A DNA stretch of 64,000 nucleotides from Trichinella spiralis (taxonomy: Eukaryota): contig NW_003526943.1 of NCBI RefSeq assembly GCF_000181795.1, forward strand, positions 436,487-500,486. Direction: 5' to 3'. Below the pieces are notes generated by a model. The model was given only the letters and a program-made list of their open reading frames with translations, was not told the origin of the DNA and made no database searches. Position numbers and translations under genes: made by a program. Every line of letters starts with the position of its first letter. Position 1 is the first letter of the stretch. Below are positions 1-10,638 of the stretch, one piece after another.

Positions 1-193
1 TATGTTTGTGGTGTAAAGCTTGGCGATGGAGCCGTAGGAGCGGATGTTCGTGTTCGATGCGGTAAATTGCACTGCCAGTCTTGCTACAGCAACGACGAAG
101 GTATGTATGCATGTGCGAACTTTATTTTTTTTCTATCTCAAAAGTAGTAATTATTTTTGTATTTTAGCAGGCTACCGTCTCAGTGAAGTTTGA
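1..193 (+). CDS. lim-8: 3' end of LIM-domain protein of the LMO7/LIMCH1/smallish family (partial; exons 1-100 and 168/171-193)
   Basis: Frame 1 reads YVCGVKLGDGAVGADVRVRCGKLHCQSCYSNDE, then a gtatgt donor at 101 and a tagcag acceptor ending at 167/170, then GYRLSEV*. The LG..G.DVRVR..LHC..CY pattern is characteristic of the C-terminal LIM domain of this family. Family and symbol are assigned from recall. Confidence 0.8.
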
Positions 194-1161
194 AAAAGTA
201 TATTTCGAGCTTTTGCTGAATGATATGTCGAAAAATATTTGGTCGTGAAAAAAATTTAGTTTTGCTTCATTTTTTTAACATAAGGAAAACAACTCTGCTT
301 ACTTTTCTTCTTCTGTTTAGTCATGGAAGAATGATTAATCTGAAATTCAGCAACTCTTCAAACTTGACTGATTGTTTCCTTATTTGTTTTGCGACCGCTA
401 ACTGTTATATATATATATATACTTTAGAAGTAAAATAAACTCAACCTTTAGATTTTTTCTTGCATATTCTGTTTACTCACCATTCACCGCTCTGCTTAAT
501 TATAATTATATACGGATATTATACTTATTACATTACGTAAAGAAAAATATTTTTTCTGTTGGCAAATTCAAACTCTAGTAACGTGAATAAAAACTATTTA
601 TTCATTTATTTCATTTTAGCAACTAAACTGATTCGACAAATATTTAAAGTGAAATATTATTGTTATTTATCATTTTATAATTTACGATGGTGCTGCTGTA
701 TTACTCTATGTGTATAATTGCAATTATAACTAAATGGAAATATGTAAGCTACGTTCTATTGCATCTAATAAAACCACTCAAGCCACGGATCAACAACCTT
801 CTCCCAGACAGGGGCTGGATGACATGTAAGTGAATGAAAATACAAATTCGATGCTGTGCGCTGCGCGAAAGACTCTCAATATTGGCGGCAAGCTGGATGA
901 GGCGAGATACAAAGCAATTTTAATGAGCATCGGTAAGATGGTTTCGTAACCTCTATTTCATTTCGTCTATTTCATTTTGAGAAGAGATGTTTGCACATAT
1001 AATAAGTACTGCTGAATATCGATGCCATTTTTTCACGCGAACTACCAAGATTGTATAAATGCCAGATTTAAGAATATAGCTTTTATAGAACTATAGTAAT
1101 GTGACATCTTCTGTATGAAATCTCAGTAGATCAGTAGTAGATGATCCATCTATCATGTTAC

Positions 1162-1264
1162 TTGTCTTTAGGGCCGGATAATTTGAAATAATGATGGGTT
1201 GGATCAGACTCGGGGTCGTAGGCTGCTGAGCCCTGGCCTAAGCAGTCGAGCACTTTACGATTTT
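1162..1264 (-). CDS. Candidate extra 3' exon, possibly of the patched-related gene
   Basis: Flanked by atttacttag| and |gtaaca, with an open frame NRKVLDCLGQGSAAYDPESDPTHHYFKLSGPKD. It is more GC-rich than its flanks, and its phase-1 entry matches a possible donor (AAGC|gtactt) near 1580. Confidence 0.3.
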
Positions 1265-1572
1265 CTAAGTAAATTTGATAGTTGTTTGCAATGGAACATT
1301 ATTCGAAATTTTACAACGCAGAATTCAAAATAGTTCTGTTATTATATGTGTAGCAATAATGAAAATCTATCTGGCAATGGGCTACTTTGCACTGATAAAG
1401 TGAAAAATGTTGTTGGTATTTTTTAATAGAAAAATAAATCAACGTGGATTAAACGATTCAACAACGAGAAAACGTCATTTGTAATAAAATAACACGCACA
1501 AATAAATATAAGAGAACAAATAGATGGATAGATAATCCAAAAGGCTAGAAACGCCGAATGCGTGCTTTTTGC

Positions 1573-4500
1573 TCAAGTACGCTTAACATACTGATGTACG
1601 TAGTAATTCAATGAATAAGGATTCTGAGTAGGAAAAGGCTGAAAAAGTGGTGGACGTACATTCATCACTGGAGTTCGAAACTTAGATCGCCTGAAAGATG
1701 ACTTGGGAAAAGTCGGCGGGTTAATATGAGAATGTGACAAATGAACTGGAGTCCCTCCAGATCCATATTGAACATTGTCACACATCCAGAACCGCTTCCA
1801 TTCTGGGAAAAGTTCTGCATCTTTATTATAATCGGTTTTCTTACTGGAGCAATGCTGACTTTGCGACTTATAAACCCAATTTGTGGAGGATCCGTCATTT
1901 GCATTAGTTGACGTTTCATCTTGTTCACTGTCTTCGCTGGGCGTCTTGACTACTGGATCGCATGGATTTTCATCAATTTGCACAATTTTGCATGCTTGTG
2001 ATCTTTGAAAATCATAGTCAATAAATCTAAATGTTCAATAACTGAAGAAATGAACTGAAAACATCACTGAGCTGTGATTGGATTGGGGAAATTTAGAACT
2101 TAGAACGTGGGGAATTTGTGCTGAAATTTCAATAACTTTGAAAAAGTTTAAAAGAATCATCATACAACAATACTTGTTGCTCTTACTGTCATTTTAAAAA
2201 TTACGCAAAAATACCACTGACATTTCTCAACTTAAACTTTAATTTAATTAAATATTTTGATTAAAAGCACTATCTGTAATTTTCAGTTGATTGAAAAAAT
2301 TGGTAATAAAGTAAGAATAATAACGAAGTAAAACAGCAAAAATTTAAGCATAAAATACTTTACAGTACTATACACAGCATAACTTATTCACTTTAGCATT
2401 TGACTAATTCAGTAAATCCATTTTTTAGCCAAACAATACTTTAAAATGTAAATAAACAAAATTTACCTACTACCGTGCACAGAATAGGTGGTGGATGAAT
2501 TTTTCAACAATACATCTGGTCGTATGGCCGCTACAATACGACTTTTCGTTGATTTACGAGCTTTATCCAAATGCTTATTTTTTCTTGTTTTTATAAACTT
2601 TTTCATATTTGCTAAATAAGTTCGGTCACTTTTTTCGCGGAACTTGATTTCGTAAAATTTTCGTACATAGTCCGAATCAACTTTAGGGCCTTTACCAGCT
2701 GTTGGAATGTAGCATATGCTATTTGTTTTCTCTGAATCCGGACAACAACAGCCAAAGCAAAAGCAGCTGGTTTCATTGCACCACTTTTTCAATGCTCTAT
2801 TGCAAGCTGGAATATTGACAGTAAGAAGTAGCAAGCCGGCAGGAAGAAACAAGAAATAATGAAGCCAACAAAGAATCAAGTGAACTGTAAACAGTTTTAA
2901 ATGATCAGAAAGTATCGGCGCACCAACCGCTAAAAGCGGAGTGAAAGCAAGCAAACTAATGACTGTTGAACTGAATAAGCTATGCAGAGTTGATTGGAAT
3001 GCGTAAGCAATGCGTTTTGCAGCCGCTACATCCATCAAATTGCAATAATATGAACAAAAGCTAGTTGAAACCACAGTTGAATGAAAAATGCCAGCTAAAA
3101 GCAACGCAGCAATTGGAGCATTGAAATCTATTTCCCAAATGTTTGCCAGTGCTATGGTTCCAGAAAGTATAGAATACTGAAAAACAACAACAATGATGGC
3201 CATTGCTGGTTTGGCAAAGAGTAGTAAAATGACAAAAAACACTATCAAAACTGTCGTGTTGAGCATTACAGCAGCGTCTGGGATGATGTAAGCATTGTGA
3301 TACAAAAACGGGAATAAATTATTGTAAATAACTATTGGAAGGTTGTGCTTTGCTGCTACACTGTAAAGCTGGCGAACAAAGCTGTTGATGTAAAATGTTC
3401 CATGTTCATTTAGTTGAAATACAATTCTAAATTAATGTAAAATTCTTAATTTGTAATTTTTTGTCAGTTAAAATTTTAAATTTAAAACAAAGACATATAT
3501 TCAGTCATGAAAACAAAAAGTCTAACCTGGATTTTAAAATTACTTTCTTTCTGTCGTCTGTAACAATGTCATGCTGAAAGCCTGCGTATTTATCATTTTC
3601 TGTAAAATATAATTTTGCATTTTCAGCAAGCGATGCTTTCAAACGAGATAAGTTTGTTATTTGTTCTTTTGCATTCAAATCTTCAAACCAGTAACGATAC
3701 TTGCTTACATAGTTGCTTTGTTTTGTCCAATTTAGCAACGCTGATATGCCATCTTGTATCTGCTCATTATTGTAATTAAGCGGTTCATTAAAAACAAGTT
3801 CAACCTGGCTATTTAGATTGGAAAACTGCTCGCGATAATCGAGCCAAAATTCTGAAAATTTGCTCGCTGATGCCATAAACATTTCGGCACTGAGCTGCAC
3901 ATTGGTAATGCTGCATGTCCAACTGACAAAAATTATATATATGCAAGCTATTAGTAATGTCACAAATCGGACGTGTACATTGCTTGTAAAAAAGCCAATT
4001 CTTCGGGAAAAAGACCTACTTTCATCAAGCAAACGACTTTGCAATAGCCGTATCTCTCTTCTATCATAGCTGTTTATAACTGGATCTAAAATTAGCATGT
4101 ATAATTTTACCGCAAATGTCCATAATCAAAACGTTGATATATACACTTGTACTGCTATATTAAAAATAAATGTAATTTTTTATTTCAAAATGATTTGTTT
4201 TTACAAAAATTCAACTTATACTTAAAACCCATCTCAATTAAAATCTGAGTAAAAGTTCATACCTGTAAAGTTAGTGTCACCTTTCTGCCAGAATTTGAAC
4301 CATTTAAGTCCAGATGCTTCCATTCGCCCAGAAAGATATAAAACCGTAGAAGAAAACAAAGATATAAAAACAACGGAGTAAAATGAACTCGTAGCAATGA
4401 TGCGATTATAACTTGTAAATATGGTAAATGGTAAACAACAAGCAACTGTTGTGAAACTCAGTAAACAACAGAAAAGAATCAAAATCAATGGCGCAATTTC

Positions 4501-5824
4501 AATGCTCATAATTAGTCGAAGCTTTTCCACAGGATGGGATGATACATTATTGAATTTTCTCCACGATTGAAGGATATTGAAGTTGAGGAAAAGAAAAGTA
4601 GCTAAAAATTATTTCACTGTTAAAGAGAGGTAAAATTATATTTCACCTAAACCCTTTTTCACTATTCATTTTATAGCCTTATCAATGGCTACTGAAAAAA
4701 ATTATTTGGCATTCTGGGATTTAATTTTTAAATAAAAATAAATTGTTGTAAAGTAATTTTGAACTTACCAGTAATGTAGAACAGTCCTGAGATTGCAAGT
4801 GGTTGAAATTGGCTGGATGAACTGACATCAATAGCAAAACTGCTAAGAAGCACCAAAACAACACCAACACTGATAGCTACCCCGAACAAAGGACGACTAA
4901 TGTATTCGTCTCTTTTTAAGGATAATAAAATGGTGCTGAGAAGTAAAATAATAAATGCATTTGATAACTGATTAAAAGACGCAGTTACTGTAGAATTTAC
5001 AGCAGACTTGTAAGCTTCCTTTGACCAAAAATTCAAGTGTGCTAAGCTGCTGCTATTTCGATTGAATTCGTTCACCATATTTTGGATATTATTTTCAAAC
5101 TGTCGATGCATATCTTTAAACGAAGGAACATTTGGAATTTGGAAAACTAATAAAATAGCTCTCAAATCCCCGTAGAATTTATCCAATGGAAAAGCCTTCT
5201 GAGAATCAACAGCCGCAAAACCGTTTACATCTGAATAGTCATTGGTGTGAGTTTTATTTCCACGTGAAATTAAACGTAATGTAGTTCTTTTCAACGTCTC
5301 CACGTTTACAGTGACTAATGAAGCCAACTCAAGAGCGGCTGTTGAGCATTCATAGTTTGCATCTTGGCAAAATTCTTCATAGCTTCTCACATGATTTCCA
5401 GATACAAGTTCTATTCTGTTTAACGAATGTTTTAATTTTGAATAAAATTTGAATATTTTATGCTTTATTTCAGTTGATACGGCGCTATTTTTTACTTTGA
5501 TCAAAATAGCGCATGTTTGGGAATTCCAAAAATTAAACAAACCAATCTGCTCTAGTGTTTTGTACTGGTTAACTGTTTCACTTCTTTCACTTGTTATTTT
5601 TGGCAATATTTCATTCGGATGGAAAGCTTCAAAGGGCAATGGAAATTTTGATAGCTTATCTTGATTAAAAAATAATCCAGCCATGATCAGCACGAATACT
5701 ATTAGAGGAAAAACAATTCCTAAAGAAGGGGCTCTGGATATGATTTTTCCAAGGTACCATAACCATTTTTCAAAAAAGCATTCTATTTTTCTTATGCCAT
5801 GTATGTGTATAATTGTTGGTGGTC
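1573..5824 (-). CDS. Patched-related (PTR/SSD, RND-fold) multi-pass membrane protein, >1100 aa, first exon not found. Exons 5824-4769, 4601-4263, 4085-3527, 3426-2467, 2002-1573
   Basis: The architecture is 1 TM + large loop + TM bundle, repeated twice. PTR-like segments include SRPLFGVAIS, VELVFNEPLNY, YRYWFEDL, FQHDIV and KSRIVFQL. All listed GT-AG junctions join in frame. Confidence 0.8.
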
Positions 5825-6678
5825 CTAAGAATATGAATTATTTTCAAACAGTAAGCAATACTTTTGCTAAGCAAGAGATAAAATAAAGAATTGCACTTAG
5901 TGAACTTAACTAAAAGCATATTCTAAACTACAGAAATGAAACAATTAAACAAGCATTGACCAAGCCATAAAGACATTATTCGTGAATTATATACAAGTAT
6001 AATTTTATTTATAATAAACAATATTTATGTTGCAAATAAATGCTAAACTAATTGCTATACTAAATTAACAAAAAATTGACAGTATATAAACACGTGATGC
6101 AGCCCATTTGCCCAATGATGAAGCATTTATTTTATATTAATATTAAATACCGAAGTTTATAGTTCCTGAAAATCACACAGATCAGATTCATTTTCGCTTT
6201 ACATCACCAGTTCAATTACACTGTATTTTTACGCACCTTAAAAATTACGCATTCAATATGAATTTGTTTTTATTTGTATTTAAGCTGGGAAATAAAATTT
6301 TTTTTAATTTTAATAATTTGTTATGTAATGCGCATGATTTATCGAATAATTTGTTACTTCACATTGAAATGCTTTGACCTTGCATTCTACTTCAACCTTA
6401 ATTTCACAAAACTAGTCACTATTGGTCAAACATTAATTTGACATATCGTATCATTTATATATAAAAAATCATGTTAAATCTTTATCAAATTTCAAACATA
6501 TAAATTAACTCATGCTATGTATAAATTTTAGCAAATAAAAAGAACTAAACGTAAAATTTTCTAATATTATTTTTTAGTTTTTAGTTGAATAGAAAGGCAG
6601 TTTAAATATTTAATAATAATGTTCATAATGCTTCATTTATTACAAGTTAATCTTGCATATAATATATTTAGCTGCACA

Positions 6679-7299
6679 TTACAAACTACAAAAGCAAAAC
6701 TTACGCTTTGATTTTTTGATCATTTTTTGAGAAAAATTTGTCAATGAATTTACAGCAACTTGATTGCTTGCAGAAGTTTTTCTGCTTGGAAAACCATCTC
6801 CTGAACGAATGTCATTTACATCATAAGATTGATTGTCATCGATGTCTTTATTAGATAGAAACATGTTGCATTGGAGCTGCTTGTCGAAAATCTGATCATC
6901 TATAAACATATATATATATATCAAATTTTAACATTGAAAATTAAAAAATTTTTTAATATTTCTCGAAATATAATTATATACAGCTTTATTGCATGATACT
7001 AATTTAAATTTCAAACCTCTTTTTTGTTCTTCATTACTGAGATTTGTCACAAAATTGTCCGGATCACTGGGATCTGATTCAATTGACATTGCACAACGCT
7101 TATCTGTATTGCCAAGGTGCTTTTGCCTTTTCTCAATTTGTTCAGTGTCAATATATCTCTGACATTCTATGAAAGTCGTCGCCCTCGACTGACATGATGA
7201 AGAAATACAGTAAGTTTGTTGTTGTCCAGTTGTCAAACTTGAAGAATCATCCGTAATGTTTGTCTCTGTGGTCACGCCGTTAACTTGATTCAGGGCCAT
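6679..7299 (-). CDS. Hypothetical ~167-aa hydrophilic protein (exons 7299-7017, 6899-6679)
   Basis: ATG at 7299 (MALNQ...). A phase-1 intron (AGAG|gtttga...tatag|ATGAT) joins ORFs 6928-7326 and 6679-6924 in frame. The protein ends KKSKRKFCFCSL*. No family recognised. Confidence 0.55.
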
Positions 7300-8468
7300 A
7301 CTAACGTGTCGCTTCAATTTTCTCAAATGCTATTTCTCTCGTTATCTGTCAGATTGCAGTCAAAAAGACAGTGACCGCCGATGACGTCACTTCAGCGCAC
7401 TAATGTATCTAAATCTATAATTAGCCACCACTGCTTCAAAATTACGAGCACGCATTTTGGCGTTATCATATTGTCATGAAAGTTTATCAAAATTAGCTTA
7501 ATTGGAAATTCTGCTCAACTGAAGACTCATCTGAAAAAGAACATTCATTCAAGTGAAGTTTTCCTTTATAAACATTGTAATAAACAAAAAAAATGGAAAA
7601 ATTCAACCAACATTCTCGTGTGAAAGCATTTTTGCACCATTTTATTAGTGATCTCAAAAAAAGGTTTCTCATGCAAAAAGTAGTAAAAAAAATAGGTTTA
7701 ATGTTCGACTGAATGGAAAATTCTCTTCGAGTTTATTAATCAATTTTGCCGAAAATGGAGCCATCTGAAAATTGTGTGTGGCGCGTGAAACCTTGAATTT
7801 AACTAACAAAACGGGTCTTAGACGTGTCTCAAACCAATTGAAACGTTTAAACAAATCAAAATAAGCGTAAAATAATCTGTTTGAAAACCCATCGCAAAAA
7901 ATGGAACCTCAGTAAGAGTCTTCTGAGGTCAACAACCGACTTCTGATAATACTGACAGTATACTTATTACTACTTTTCTACAGATAAACTAGTTTTCAAT
8001 AACTATTTAAGTTAAATTTAAAGTTAGAAAATTATTTAGTTAATTATTAAAAAGTGTTTTTGCTAACTCATATTAATATTTTTTTTGAAACTGCAACTTT
8101 ACAATTTTTATCTTAAAACAATTATTATTTACATGGAAATAAGAAGGTAAGCATATCTGCATGAATTTTTAATTTTTACATACATGCTTATTTTCATAGG
8201 ACACATGTCACTGCTAGAAATGGTTGCTACCTTAGTTTTTTCTAACTATTTTCGTCAAATTTTATAACTTTAAATTAAAATTATTCTGTAAACTTAAATG
8301 TGCATTCTAGAAAAGAGAAACAAATCGCATGTTAAGAAAGCAAACAACAAGAAATGGCATTTGTGATGATTTAATGAACTGAAATTAACGAATAATGAAA
8401 AGTAAATAATTACACGCAAATTTGGCAAATTTGTTTTCATTAAATCTTAATGAAACAGCAAAAAATTT

Positions 8469-9212
8469 TTATTCAAATGCATAGCTCTGTTCAGCATCTA
8501 AAGGAAACCACACAGGATTGGGCATTTTATTCTGACGCTTCGCAGTTAATAGTTTTCTTGAAAATGACCATTGACGATTGGACTGAAAACTGTCAGCTGA
8601 TTTCTGGTGTAAATTAAAATTCAGCTTACTAATTTTATGACGTTTCTTATAACGACCTGCTCCAGAAGAATGAACAGCTTTACGAGGTGTTGAAGATTTG
8701 ATTGCTTGAAAGTGCCACGATACACTTTGTGGAAACTGAATACTGGAATCTTCTAACGCCTGGCATGAATTTTCACGGCTCAACCATCGACTTTTTCCTA
8801 TCATTGTGAACTGCAAGCATACTGCACAACAAGTAACCGACACAACGTATAAGCACAATGCAATCATATAAATTTCCGCTATTGGATTTTGAAGTGTTAT
8901 CATGGATTGAAATTCAACAATCCAATCCCGTTTTTCTACAAATTCCATCACTATCCAACCGGAACATTGCACAAAAAACATCAATATACAAACAATACGC
9001 AAATAAACAGAAGCTAAACATTCAGAGCTCGCAGAACTGATAATATACAAAATTGACAACAATGCAGTAGTTGTACCACTCCAGAGTACAGAAAACATTT
9101 TGAAATACTGAAGTTTTTGTTTAACCGAATAAATATACAAGCAACATTGAAAAATATTACAAATAAGAATTGCTATGCATAATATAGTAGAAACGTGCCA
9201 TCGATTAACCAT
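8469..9212 (-). CDS. Hypothetical 247-aa protein with four predicted TM helices and a basic cytoplasmic tail
   Basis: Uninterrupted ATG ORF in very AT-rich DNA, with four hydrophobic stretches in the first ~135 aa. An acceptor-like aaacag lies 6 nt before the ATG. Confidence 0.65.
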   Translation of the reverse strand: MVNRWHVSTILCIAILICNIFQCCLYIYSVKQKLQYFKMFSVLWSGTTTALLSILYIISSASSECLASVYLRIVCILMFFVQCSGWIVMEFVEKRDWIVEFQSMITLQNPIAEIYMIALCLYVVSVTCCAVCLQFTMIGKSRWLSRENSCQALEDSSIQFPQSVSWHFQAIKSSTPRKAVHSSGAGRYKKRHKISKLNFNLHQKSADSFQSNRQWSFSRKLLTAKRQNKMPNPVWFPLDAEQSYAFE

Positions 9213-10137
9213 TACACTCTGTTTTCAAGCAGAAGTGATTATGAGCGAATTTAACATTAAAATTTTATAATTTAAGCGTAAAATGCATGCAAATTTTGTA
9301 AACAAGAGTATTATGCAAATTATTAGCAATTACAGTAAACTATTTTTTGTTAATTGTTGTGTTGCTGGACAATAAGCCAAAATACAAATTATGAAATGCT
9401 CTTAGCAATCCCTGAAATATAGCAATGCACTTCTACAACTGACTATAACGTCAATCAAATTTAAAAGATAGGAGAAATGAAGAGATTTTTTGTTGCTTAA
9501 ATTATAAGAACAATACTGCATTCATTATTTGTATTCGTGACTTATGACAAATGAACAACAGTGAAAATTGCGCTGAAAACTTAATGACTGATTGTTCGTA
9601 TTTTTATCACATTCTTTAATCTCTATAACAGTATAAACATTAAATATTTTAAGTAATATTTGTTCATTCATAAAAATATTCAAAATAACTCAGAACTGCT
9701 TACATCTACGTAAATTCATTTTCACTTGACATTTTATACTAGGTTGATCTTTCATTCTAAATTCTAAAGATGTGTGAAAAGACACATAGGCCTTACAGTG
9801 ACTTGCGAAGGACAAGCGGATTGCTGACTTTAAAATTTAAAACAGTTAAACAATAAACTTTTAAATGAATAAATCTAAGTTGCGCATAACTTTTAAATAA
9901 CACCTAAAGATTTCTACTTATTATAATTTATGATGACATTTTATAAAAATATTTTTTAAAAATAGACTAATTCTGAATTTTAATTATGTAGCAACTTCTT
10001 TTTATGAAACGTAAAAAAGAGCTATACCTTTTTCAATGACAAAGCTCATTTTGAACGGTTCTCCATTCATTTTAAAAGTTAGCTTAGTTGGACTGATTAT
10101 ACGAGGCACAATGACATTAAGTAGATGAACAACTTAC

Positions 10138-10151
10138 CAATCTGTGTCTTG
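10138..10151 (-). other. Candidate 14-nt (probably 5' UTR) exon of the 4TM gene
   Basis: ctgtttcag|CAAGACACAGATTG|gtaagt: consensus acceptor and donor. Confidence 0.4.
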
Positions 10152-10638
10152 CTGAAACAGTATTAAAGCAAAACTTTCAATGAATACTTCCACTTCAGGA
10201 TAATATTTAATATAATATTAATAAAATACGGTATTTACGGTTCGAAAGCTGTGCTAAATGAAGTTTCTTTCTTTTTAAAAAACAAAAACGATATAATAGA
10301 AGACACTTTAATTAAAAAACAAGAAAGATTACTGATAATATAATAAGATGGCAAACTCTACAAATGGTTTGTCAAAGCGATTTGGGCACTTAGATAAAAA
10401 AAAGTGCACTCTTCATCACAATTCTATAAATAGCAAAAAGCATTAAAAAAATATATATAATAAATATAAATGTGATATTCAAAAATTCAAAGAAAAATAT
10501 ATATATATATTAATTAGAGTCAGAAAGGCTGTGTGGCAAGCACGGAAAAGAGCAACAAGCCATGTCAATATAAAGTGTCAGGAAGTGCAAATGATTAAAA
10601 AAAGTTATGCAAAAAAGCTTCTGAATTTTTTTAAATTT

